From: Leptolyngbyaceae cyanobacterium
Lineage (GTDB): Bacteria > Cyanobacteriota > Cyanobacteriia > Phormidesmidales > Phormidesmidaceae
DNA: 13,103 bases
Direction of reading: 5' to 3'
NCBI GenBank assembly: GCA_050331235.1
Contig: JBHJHA010000099.1
Coordinates: 1 to 13,103 of the forward strand
The translations under genes were made by a program, and so were the position numbers. Position 1 is the stretch's first letter; each line of letters begins with the position of its first letter. Below the pieces are notes generated by a model that made no database searches, was not told where the DNA came from, and worked only from the letters and a program-made list of their open reading frames with translations. Of this stretch, positions 1 through 9,073 are shown piece after piece.

Positions 1-140
1 TTTGCTCAATGCGTCGCTGTTTCGGTCCATTACGATTAACTTGCTTCGATTGAATGGATTCAATTCGCTCACTTCCGCTCTACGAGAGCTTGCCAATCAG
101 GTAGAGCCAATTTTCCGTTTCTTACAATGAATCAACCCTG
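1..140 (+). mobile_element. Right end of a probable ISAs1-family insertion sequence; terminal IR about 125-140
   Basis: 125-140 reads CAATGAATCAACCCTG; the reverse complement is CAGGGTTGATTCATTG. 5'-CAGGG ends are typical of ISAs1 elements. The left end and target duplication are outside the window. Confidence 0.65.
2..130 (+). CDS. Partial CDS (3' end): probable ISAs1-family transposase C-terminus
   Basis: Frame 2 is open from the window edge and reads LLNASLFRSITINLLRLNGFNSLTSALRELANQVEPIFRFLQ*, with TGA at 128-130. The 'N...R.I.INLLR..G..S' pattern resembles ISAs1 transposase C-termini as I recall them. The stop lies inside a CAGGG-type terminal repeat. Confidence 0.7.
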   Translation: MLNASLFRSITINLLRLNGFNSLTSALRELANQVEPIFRFLQ

Positions 141-141
141 T

Positions 142-154
142 ACCAAAACGGTAT
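142..154. repeat. Direct repeat copy 1 (ACCAAAACGGTAT)
   Basis: Matches 727-739 (ACCAAAACCGTAT) at 12 of 13 positions. One base separates it from the IS end. Confidence 0.65.
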
Positions 155-193
155 GACTTATCAATTTATAGGTTTTTCCTTTGGCGCGCCCGC

Positions 194-697
194 TCAATTC
201 ACCAGTCTGTTTGGATCTTCCTTATTCGTTTTCAATTCTAGCTTCATAACAGCTTCTTGCCCCCAATATTCTCCGGTAAGCTTAAAACCTGATTTTTCAT
301 AGAATCCAAGAGGCCCTCCTTCCTCCATCACTAAACTGGTTAGCAGCTCTGTTGCTTGTTCTTGTTCCTGGACATCGACAATCAATAGTCTCAGAGCCTT
401 ACTCCCAAATCCCATACCTTGATATCTGCTGTCTATAAGAAATCGTCAAACTATGTACTTGCTTTCACTTGGGCGGGAATCAAGCATTGAAAATCTAACA
501 GGTTCCTCGTCTGCATAAATATCTTGAAACCAGGCACTAGCATAAAAATTTGCTCCGGCCATAGATTCAGCTGCTGAATCCACAATTTTCTTTTGCTTAT
601 CACTTACAGAGAGCTAGCAAATTTCCCAGAAAGTATCTTTTGCGATGTCACGAATCGAAACTTCACTTTCTTTCGTTACTCCGGGGTTTATTTTCAT
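194..697 (-). pseudogene. GNAT N-acetyltransferase pseudogene (spermine/spermidine acetyltransferase-like) with two in-frame stops
   Basis: Manual translation from ATG 697, in frame with ORF 194..415: MKINPGVTKESEVSIRDIAKDTFWEIC*LSVSDKQKKIVDSAAESMAGANFYASAWFQDIYADEEPVRFSMLDSRPSESKYIV*RFLIDSRYQGMGFGSKAL...GFYEKSGF... The stops are TAG at 614-616 and TGA at 446-448. The acetyl-CoA motif A (YQGMGFG) and motif B (FYEKSGF) are present. Confidence 0.85.
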
Positions 698-726
698 TGC
701 CTCTAGGGTGTATGGGACATTTCAAA

Positions 727-739
727 ACCAAAACCGTAT
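727..739. repeat. Direct repeat copy 2 (ACCAAAACCGTAT)
   Basis: Matches 142-154 at 12 of 13 positions. It lies 6 bp past the ackA stop and about 30 bp upstream of the GNAT ATG. Confidence 0.65.
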
Positions 740-745
740 CGCTTC

Positions 746-1945
746 CTATGCCTTGAGGACTTTGACGCAGTCTTGGGCGATCGCCCACTCCTCTTGGGTG
801 TGAATGACCCAGATCCGAGCGGCAGACTCAGGCGCGGCAATATCTTGATCGTCTGAGCAGCGCTGCAAAGGCTCGGTAGTCAGCCGTAGTCCTAGCCATT
901 GCCAAGGGGCGATCGCCTCCTGCCAGACAACCGGGCTATTTTCACCAATGCCAGCGGTAAAGACGAGCGCATCTAGTCCGCCCAAGCTGCTGAGCATGGC
1001 CCCGATGTGGCGACGTAGGCTATGGACAAACATATCGAAGGCCAATTGCGCCTGTTCATTGCCAGCATCGGCCGCCGCTAAGACTTGCCGCATATCGTTT
1101 GAAACGCCCGAAATGCCCTGAAGCCCCGACTGTTTATTGAGCAGCGCATCAATCTCATCCGCTGCCAGCTGATCGTGACGCATTAGGTAAGTAAGGATGC
1201 CAGGATCAACCGTACCCGAGCGGCTACCCATCATCAGACCATCGAGGGGGGTAAAGCCCATGGTCGTATCGACACTGATGCCCTGACGAACCGCTGCGAG
1301 GGAACACCCGTTTCCCAGGTGACAGGTGATAAGCTTGAGCTCTGCTAAGCTTTTGCCCATGAGGTTTGCCACTCGTTGGGCAACATAGCGGTGACTAATA
1401 CCGTGAAAGCCATAGCGCTGAATGCCCTGCTCAACCCAATCGAAGGGACCGGCAAAAGTGCAGGCAGCTGCCGGCATCTGAGCGTGAAAAGCCGTGTCAA
1501 ACACTGCCACTTGGGGCACCGTTGGCAAGAGGGATTCCATCGCCTGAATGCCTTGCAAATTGGCCGGATTATGGGCGGGGGCGAGGGGAAATAATTGTTC
1601 AATCGCGGTCTTTACCGTGTCATCGATACGAACGCTGGTCTGATAGTCACGACCGCCGTGGACGACCCGGTGCCCCACCGCTTGAATTTCTTTGAGATCG
1701 GACAGGAATTGGACGGGGCTGTCCACCAGGGTGTTGAGCAACCACTGCAAGCCCTCAACTTTATCTTGGGTTTCTAGAACGGCTCGGTGCTCGCGACCGT
1801 CTTGGGTTTCGGCTTTGAGTTCGACTGCGTTGGCAGTGTGGGTCCAGTCAAGTTGCGATCGCCAAAGGGGGCTTTGCCCTTGGTCAAAGTCGAAGAGCGC
1901 AGCTTTGTGACTGCTAGAACCTGCGTTGAGAACCAAAATTTTCAT
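746..1945 (-). CDS. ackA: Acetate kinase
   Basis: 399 aa with motifs ILVLNAGSSS, GHRVVHGG, APAHNP, VAVFDTAFH, RYGFHGISH, CHLGNGCS, TMGFTPLDG and FTAGIGEN. Confidence 0.97.
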   Translation of the reverse strand: MKILVLNAGSSSHKAALFDFDQGQSPLWRSQLDWTHTANAVELKAETQDGREHRAVLETQDKVEGLQWLLNTLVDSPVQFLSDLKEIQAVGHRVVHGGRDYQTSVRIDDTVKTAIEQLFPLAPAHNPANLQGIQAMESLLPTVPQVAVFDTAFHAQMPAAACTFAGPFDWVEQGIQRYGFHGISHRYVAQRVANLMGKSLAELKLITCHLGNGCSLAAVRQGISVDTTMGFTPLDGLMMGSRSGTVDPGILTYLMRHDQLAADEIDALLNKQSGLQGISGVSNDMRQVLAAADAGNEQAQLAFDMFVHSLRRHIGAMLSSLGGLDALVFTAGIGENSPVVWQEAIAPWQWLGLRLTTEPLQRCSDDQDIAAPESAARIWVIHTQEEWAIAQDCVKVLKA

Positions 1946-2107
1946 AGCAAGAACGAATTGAGCCTTCGGAGAATCCCGCGGAAAAAGTGCTAAACGCGCA
2001 ACGATGATACTTTAAGGGGCTTCATGAGCACAGCGGCGGCGGGGAAATAATTCTCTCCACAAGCTGCAATGCGAGTTTTGGCCGCTATCTGATCCCAACA
2101 TGGCGTA

Positions 2108-2746
2108 TTAAGTTCCCGGTCGAGACTCCAGTTCAGTCGGTAAATGGGAGCGATCGCCATGCTTTACCAAGAGTGGACCGTGAACGTCAAAACTCACCAC
2201 GCTGACCGAGGCCACGGGAAAGGTAATGCGATCGCGATAGCGACCCAGGTCAATTCCCAATAGACTGCACAATACCAACCGGAGTGTTGACTTGTGGGCC
2301 ACCACGAGCACATTGCCATCGGGGTATTTGTCCTCAATTTCGGACAGGATGAGGGCGGCTCGACTGGCAACTTGCACAGCGGTTTCACCACCGGTGGGAG
2401 GATTCCAGGCGGGCTCCGTCAGCCATCGCACATAGTCCTGCGAAAACTGCTCGCTTACCTGTTCTTTAGTCATGTTTTCCCACTGCCCAAAAAACATTTC
2501 TTTCAGGCCATCCCGCTGATGCATTTCTAGCCCTATCGCTTCGCAAAATGGGGTCGCTGTGGCAAGGGTGCGGCGCATGGGACTGACATACACCGCTTCC
2601 CAGGTCATCTGCGCATACTTATTGGCAAAATGACGGGCCATCTCTAGCCCCGCAGCCGTCAAGTCTGGGTTAAGCTCGCCACAAAAGACATCATCTTGGC
2701 TGGCTTCGGTCTCGCCGTGACGGAGTAGGTAAACGCACAGGCTCAT
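2108..2746 (-). CDS. Histidine phosphatase superfamily protein (phosphoglycerate mutase-like); substrate unknown
   Basis: 212 aa with the RHGET catalytic motif, SPMRR, LKE, PPTGGE and VVAH. An SD-like AGGAG lies upstream of the ATG. Confidence 0.93.
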   Translation of the reverse strand: MSLCVYLLRHGETEASQDDVFCGELNPDLTAAGLEMARHFANKYAQMTWEAVYVSPMRRTLATATPFCEAIGLEMHQRDGLKEMFFGQWENMTKEQVSEQFSQDYVRWLTEPAWNPPTGGETAVQVASRAALILSEIEDKYPDGNVLVVAHKSTLRLVLCSLLGIDLGRYRDRITFPVASVSVVSFDVHGPLLVKHGDRSHLPTELESRPGT

Positions 2747-2805
2747 ATCAACACTCCTGAACTATCAGCAACAGCAAGGGCAGAGATTTTTGCGCTTCCC
2801 TGCTT

Positions 2806-2841
2806 CAAAATAAACGGGGATGCCGCTAGACACCCCCGTTT
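2806..2841 (-). terminator. Intrinsic terminator-like hairpin after pgm
   Basis: Minus strand AAACGGGGGTG-tctagcgg-CATCCCCGTTT forms an 11-bp stem with one G-U, followed by ATTTTG. It starts 8 bp after the pgm stop. Confidence 0.7.
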
Positions 2842-2849
2842 GATCAAAC

Positions 2850-4535
<1,686 letters not shown>

Positions 4536-4804
4536 TTAGGCCTGTTTCCCAACGTCCCTACCTCATTGGGGCCGACATTTGCCACTGAATTATCAGACAG
4601 GTGGGTCAGGGATGCAATCTACAGGAAGAACAGTTCCAGCGATCACTCGTGTCGATACTGCATTCATCGAGCGCTGGGCTGAGCCTACAGCATCCGTACA
4701 TCGCCAAGCTGGCAAACTTGCTGCCAGTATGGAGCATCAATCCTAAGACCGCATTAAATCCGATGTTCCCTAATTCCGTATTTCTAATGAAACGATTACG
4801 GACA

Positions 4805-4900
4805 CCTAGGTGATGTGGCTAGATTACAGGAGTTCTGTGGGGACGGTCCGACGACTGAGCTACACGCTCCCCTGCAGAACGGTAGACCACACCACCTAGG
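4805..4900. repeat. 96-bp imperfect inverted-repeat element (MITE-like or structured RNA)
   Basis: Outer arms 4805-4818 CCTAGGTGATGTGG and 4887-4900 CCACACCACCTAGG are complementary at 13 of 14 positions. Inner arms are 4832-4842 GTTCTGTGGGG and 4869-4880 CCCCTGCAGAAC. Confidence 0.6.
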
Positions 4901-4954
4901 AACCGATGCGGCAGGGTGAGCTAGACGCGATCGCCCTAAGAATTCTGACGGCTG

Positions 4955-4984
4955 ATTGATCTGGTCACTATTGATCTGGTCGCT
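4955..4984. repeat. 15-bp tandem duplication ATTGATCTGGTC(A/G)CT x2
   Basis: 4955-4969 and 4970-4984 are identical at 14 of 15 positions. The repeat overlaps the stop codon of the pentapeptide gene. Confidence 0.8.
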
Positions 4985-5525
4985 ACTGAGAAGAGGACTC
5001 GGTCTCGTTGTCCATCAAGACATCTGTGAGGTCGGCACCGTCTAAATCCACCTCCGACAGGTCAACTTCGCGCAGGTCGGCCCCCGTCAGATTAGCATTT
5101 TGCAAGTTGGCACCTTTGAGGTTGGCCCCCCGAAGGTTAGCCCCTTGTAGATCCGCATCGACCAACTGAGCATCGGTGAGGTTGGCTTTGCTCAAATCAG
5201 CTTGGTTGAGTTGGGTATCGTTGAGCACGACCTCCGTGAGGTTGGCTGAGTTGAAGTTGGCCTCGCGCAGGTCAGCGCCGGTGAGATCAACAGGCTGGGC
5301 ATAGCCTAGCCCTTTAGGGCCGGTTGAGAGCGGTTGACTGCTGACCGAAGCTCGATACTTGCCGCCGAGGCTTTGATTTTTGAGGTCAACCCCGCGCAAA
5401 TCGCAGTCCTGGCATGAGCGCTCGACTTCGACCTTATATAAGTCTTGAGTGCGCTGGTTGCACCCAGCGGTGGCTAGACCCATAAGCAAAACCGCGATCG
5501 CCAGTCCATACCGGCGTAGGTTCAT
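4983..5525 (-). CDS. Pentapeptide-repeat protein, predicted lipoprotein
   Basis: Contains many A(D/N)Lxx repeats (ADLRE, ANLTD, ANLRG, ANLKG). The N-terminus MNLRR plus a hydrophobic stretch and LATAG|C form a lipobox, and a CQDC motif precedes the helix. ATG 5525 is preferred over the TTG at 5543. Confidence 0.9.
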   Translation of the reverse strand: MNLRRYGLAIAVLLMGLATAGCNQRTQDLYKVEVERSCQDCDLRGVDLKNQSLGGKYRASVSSQPLSTGPKGLGYAQPVDLTGADLREANFNSANLTEVVLNDTQLNQADLSKANLTDAQLVDADLQGANLRGANLKGANLQNANLTGADLREVDLSEVDLDGADLTDVLMDNETESSSQ

Positions 5526-5666
5526 AATGATAAAATTCAGCAATTTTGGTTGGTGAATTCAACGTGCTGCATCGCGATCGTATCGTAGGGAGCTTAAATT
5601 CACTTCCTTCGCGAGTTGGTGATTGAGCCCCCAATGGCGAAAACTGGGTTCACAGATTTTGCCGCA

Positions 5667-5696
5667 TCAAAAAGGTCCATCGATTTGATGGACCTT
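5667..5696 (-). terminator. Rho-independent terminator of tldD
   Basis: Perfect 10-bp stem AAGGTCCATC (5672-5681) / GATGGACCTT (5687-5696) with a 5-nt loop, running into a T-tract on the minus strand. It starts 25 bp after the tldD stop. Confidence 0.85.
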
Positions 5697-5721
5697 GAAG
5701 GTAAAGGATTGGTGTAATGGG

Positions 5722-7206
5722 TTACCGCCCGCCGACGGTAATCGAATCAACCTTAAGGTGAGGTTGGCCGACGGTGACATAAATGCTGCCGCTAATCGAC
5801 CCGCAAAAACCGGGAGCCAAACTGATATCTTCAGAGCACATCGAGATGCGCTGCATGATTTCCTTGGCTTCGCCAATTAAGGTAGCGCCCTTCAAGGGTT
5901 TGGTCACTTGACCATTTTCGATGAGATAGGCTTCATCGACCCCAAAATTGAATTGGCCTGTGGGGCCCACGCTGCCGCCGCCCATCTTTTTGCAATAAAT
6001 ACCTTTATCTACTGAACCAAACAGGTTGTCTAAGGAAACGTCACCAGGGGCAATGAAGGTGTTGCGCATCCGGGAAGCGGCGGCATACAGGTAGCTCTGA
6101 CGCCGGCCGCTGCCGGTGCGAGGATGGCCAGTGCGCATGGAGCCGGCGCGATCGCTGAGGAAGTTTTTCAAAATGCCGTTTTCAATCAGTAGGGTGCGCT
6201 GGGTAGGCATGCCCTCATCATCCATGTCAATGGTGCCAAAGGCATCGTCAGAAAGTCCTTCATCCCAGGCAGTTAGGTTTTCGTGGGCGATCTTTTCGCC
6301 CTTTTTATCAATGAATGGAGTCGTGCCCCGCTCAATTTGAGTGGTTTCAAGCAGGTGACCACAAGCCTCATGGAAGATCACACCCCCAAAGTGATTGGCC
6401 ATGATGATGGGGTAATTGCCCGACTCAACGTAGTCGGCATAGAGCATTTTGCCAGCAGACTCAGCCACTTGCTCAGCCGTTGTGCTGTAGTCCCACTGGC
6501 GCAAAAATGCCGGGTCGCTGGTGTCACCCAACCGCTGACCAATGGAAGAGCGATGCTCACCATCGGCACAGAGGAGGTTGCAGCCAACGGACTGGGTAAG
6601 GCGAATATCGCGGGCAAAGGTACCGTCGCTGGCGGCCACTAACACTTCTTGCCAGTCACGGAAATAGCCAGTGCGGCGGGCCTGGATATGGCTACCTACC
6701 TGGGCGATCGCCCCATTGGCCGAGAGCAGAACGTCGCCCATTTCTTGCATCGAGCTACAGTTGTCGAGCCAAGCATCTTTGCCCTTGGCGGTGGCATAGT
6801 CTCGCAGCAGCTCTAGATTGGTTTCGGGAATGGAGGCTACGGGACCCGGTAGCATGAGCCCGAGAATGGATAGAGCCTTTTCTAACGCGGCCCGCAAACC
6901 GTTGAAGGTGAGGTCATTAGTGCTGACGTAGCAGTCACCCTTGCCTTTGAACACCCGGACGCCGGCCCCGGTCACCAAGCGAGGAGAAATACCGGTGATG
7001 GCGTCATCTTCAGCCATGCAGCTAATGTATTGGTTGCGCTCCAGGAAGAATTCGACAAAGTCTGCTCCCGCTGCGCGGCCCAACCCCAACAGTGTGGATA
7101 GCGGCGATCGCCAAGAGGCATCAAAGCGATCGCGAGTCGCATCAAAGCTGAGGTGAGAAATCTCCTGGGTTTGTAGGAGCTTAGCGGGGGTCATGGCGAC
7201 GGTCAT
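5722..7206 (-). CDS. tldD: TldD/PmbA-family metalloprotease, TldD (catalytic) type
   Basis: HEACGH (HExxxH), DDEG, TGSGRR, SRMRNT and a C-terminal FCG cysteine are present. I placed the start at ATG 7206, which follows a purine-rich AAGGAAGGA. The 42-aa extension to 7332 does not look like protein. Confidence 0.92.
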   Translation of the reverse strand: MTVAMTPAKLLQTQEISHLSFDATRDRFDASWRSPLSTLLGLGRAAGADFVEFFLERNQYISCMAEDDAITGISPRLVTGAGVRVFKGKGDCYVSTNDLTFNGLRAALEKALSILGLMLPGPVASIPETNLELLRDYATAKGKDAWLDNCSSMQEMGDVLLSANGAIAQVGSHIQARRTGYFRDWQEVLVAASDGTFARDIRLTQSVGCNLLCADGEHRSSIGQRLGDTSDPAFLRQWDYSTTAEQVAESAGKMLYADYVESGNYPIIMANHFGGVIFHEACGHLLETTQIERGTTPFIDKKGEKIAHENLTAWDEGLSDDAFGTIDMDDEGMPTQRTLLIENGILKNFLSDRAGSMRTGHPRTGSGRRQSYLYAAASRMRNTFIAPGDVSLDNLFGSVDKGIYCKKMGGGSVGPTGQFNFGVDEAYLIENGQVTKPLKGATLIGEAKEIMQRISMCSEDISLAPGFCGSISGSIYVTVGQPHLKVDSITVGGR

Positions 7207-7379
7207 AGATGCCGTGTCCTTCCTTGCGTGTGGGTAGTCATGTGATGTTGATGTTAAGTCTAGCAAAGGCACTCGGGCAAAGGGGGGGTTGCTGCAGGCT
7301 TTCGGTAAAGAATTTGTCGCTCTGCCACGCATAAACAGAGGGTGAGACTAGCTACCTATTGTCCCATGCATAAATTAGA

Positions 7380-7400
7380 GAACTCTCAGGGAACTCTCAG
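7380..7400. promoter_or_regulatory. Perfect 10-bp direct repeat GAACTCTCAG with 11-bp period in the divergent tldD/cyclase promoter region
   Basis: 7380-7389 and 7391-7400 are identical. A TAGTAT -10-like hexamer lies at 7444-7449 on the + strand. Confidence 0.5.
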
Positions 7401-7487
7401 CGAGCTGCCACTGACCTCCCCGGAACGGCATGGAAATCGTCAGTAGTATGGAGGGAAGTTCCTCTTCGTCAACCTTAATCAAATGCC

Positions 7488-8939
7488 ATGGCTAGCCTGT
7501 TGCAGTCATCTGTGGGCCTGTTGCGATCGCGCCTATCCCGCCGTATTGTGAGCGGCGTTTTTCTCAGTATTGTCTTGATTGAAGGCATCATCTTTATTCC
7601 TGCTTTTTTTCGCCGTTACCGAGAAAAACTAGAGGATTTACAAGATGTTTCCACGGAGGTGCTGTTTACGGCCAAGGCGAGTGCCATGATCAATGAAGAG
7701 TCAGCTGAGGTGCTGGAATTTGTACAGCAAAATCTGAAGCCAGGTTCGGTGATTATGGGGGCCATGCTCTGCATGCCCACTGGTGAGGTGCTGAATACCT
7801 TTGGAGAACCGCCAGAAATTGACTGCAACCGCGTTGCTCAGGTGGGCATGATTCGCCAGTTGACTCCTGATCGCCAGCGATATGATGTCGCTTGGCCCAG
7901 CGATCGCCTCTCAGATGAATACATTCTGGTGGTGCGCCATGACGCTAGCAGCATCGTTCATGAAATGCTGCAGTATGCTTTGGCCATTGGTGGTCTGGTC
8001 ATCATCATCTCGGCCTTTGTCACGTTAGTCACCATCGTCATGCTGGAGCGCATTCTCATTGTGCCGATTTTGCGCTTACGGGACGATTTGAGACAGGCAG
8101 GGGAAGCGGTGAGCCAGGACCGGCCGCCCCAATTTCAGACCCAGGCTATGGGGCGTCAAGATGAGCTTGGGGAAGTCTCCCAGGCCTTCTGCGATATGTT
8201 TGAGCGGGTCCACCAAGAAATCATTGACCGGAAACAAGCGGAAGCCGCCCTCAAAGAGGAGCAGGCCAAATCTGAGAAGTTGCTGCTCAATATTTTGCCC
8301 GATACCATTGCGGCCCAGCTCAAGACCAAAGTGGAGGCGATCGCCTCTCGCTTTGAGGAAGCGACGATTCTTTTTGCCGATATTGTTGACTTCACCGGCC
8401 TTTCAACTCAAATGTCGCCGGGTGAACTAGTTGCTGTGCTGAATGATATTTTTTCCCAGTTTGATGAGATCGCTGACGCCCTCGGGTTGGAAAAGATCAA
8501 AACCATTGGTGATGCTTACATGGTGGTGGGGGGCTTGCCCCAGCCTCGCCCCGACCATGCCCCTGCCACTTTAGAGATGGCCTTGCAAATGCTCGAGACG
8601 ATTCAAACCTTTCAGCGGCGTGATGGCAGCCCCTTTCAACTGAGAATTGGCATCAATACCGGCCCGGTGGTGGCTGGGGTGATTGGGATTAAAAAGTTCA
8701 GTTACGACCTCTGGGGGGATGCGGTCAATATTGCCAGTCGCATGGAGTCCCACGGCGTTGTTAATCGCATTCAGGTAAGCGAGAGTACCTACCGTCGGGC
8801 GCAGGATCAATACGAGTTTGAAGATCGGGGCTGCATCGACATCAAGGGTCGGGGAAAGATGCGGACTTATCTACTGCGGGGGCGCCAACCGCAGGTGAGC
8901 AAGGCCACAGTCAATATCGGCGAAAATTGGTACGAATGA
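7488..8939 (+). CDS. Membrane-anchored class III adenylate cyclase (2 TM, extracytoplasmic sensor, HAMP, cyclase domain)
   Basis: Two hydrophobic helices and a HAMP region (PILRL...DELGEVSQAFCDM) precede catalytic motifs ILFADIVDFT, KIKTIGDAYM, RIGINTGPVVAGVIG and YDLWGDAVNIASRMES. The Lys/Asp specificity pair indicates ATP as substrate. Confidence 0.93.
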   Translation: MASLLQSSVGLLRSRLSRRIVSGVFLSIVLIEGIIFIPAFFRRYREKLEDLQDVSTEVLFTAKASAMINEESAEVLEFVQQNLKPGSVIMGAMLCMPTGEVLNTFGEPPEIDCNRVAQVGMIRQLTPDRQRYDVAWPSDRLSDEYILVVRHDASSIVHEMLQYALAIGGLVIIISAFVTLVTIVMLERILIVPILRLRDDLRQAGEAVSQDRPPQFQTQAMGRQDELGEVSQAFCDMFERVHQEIIDRKQAEAALKEEQAKSEKLLLNILPDTIAAQLKTKVEAIASRFEEATILFADIVDFTGLSTQMSPGELVAVLNDIFSQFDEIADALGLEKIKTIGDAYMVVGGLPQPRPDHAPATLEMALQMLETIQTFQRRDGSPFQLRIGINTGPVVAGVIGIKKFSYDLWGDAVNIASRMESHGVVNRIQVSESTYRRAQDQYEFEDRGCIDIKGRGKMRTYLLRGRQPQVSKATVNIGENWYE

Positions 8940-9073
8940 GGGAGCATGGTGATACTGACAAGCGCCGTATGATTCCAGATTTCGAAGATTTCTCACACCT
9001 TGCATTAGACCAGTGTCAGCGATCGCAGGATGAGATATTGTGAGGCCAGCAAACTTGACCCTGTCCAACTTTT

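Noticed and set aside
4845..4872. tRNA-like 5' segment on the minus strand (GGAGCGTGTAGCTCAGTCG)
   Set aside because: TAGCTCAG resembles a D-arm start, but there is no matching D-stem 3' strand, anticodon arm, TTCG T-loop or acceptor pairing.
7241..7256. Possible CRP site (TGTGA...) near the cyclase/tldD promoters
   Set aside because: The second half-site reads TGTTA rather than TCACA, so only a half match.
7207..7332. 42-aa N-terminal extension of tldD in the ORF track
   Set aside because: It does not look like protein and runs into the divergent promoter region. ATG 7206 has a purine-rich RBS and gives a typical TldD length.
8969..9043. 24-codon ORF MIPDFEDFSHLALDQCQRSQDEIL between the cyclase and the FAD/SLH gene
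   Set aside because: It is too short to support. It is not in frame with the downstream gene and nothing suggests a frameshifted N-terminus.
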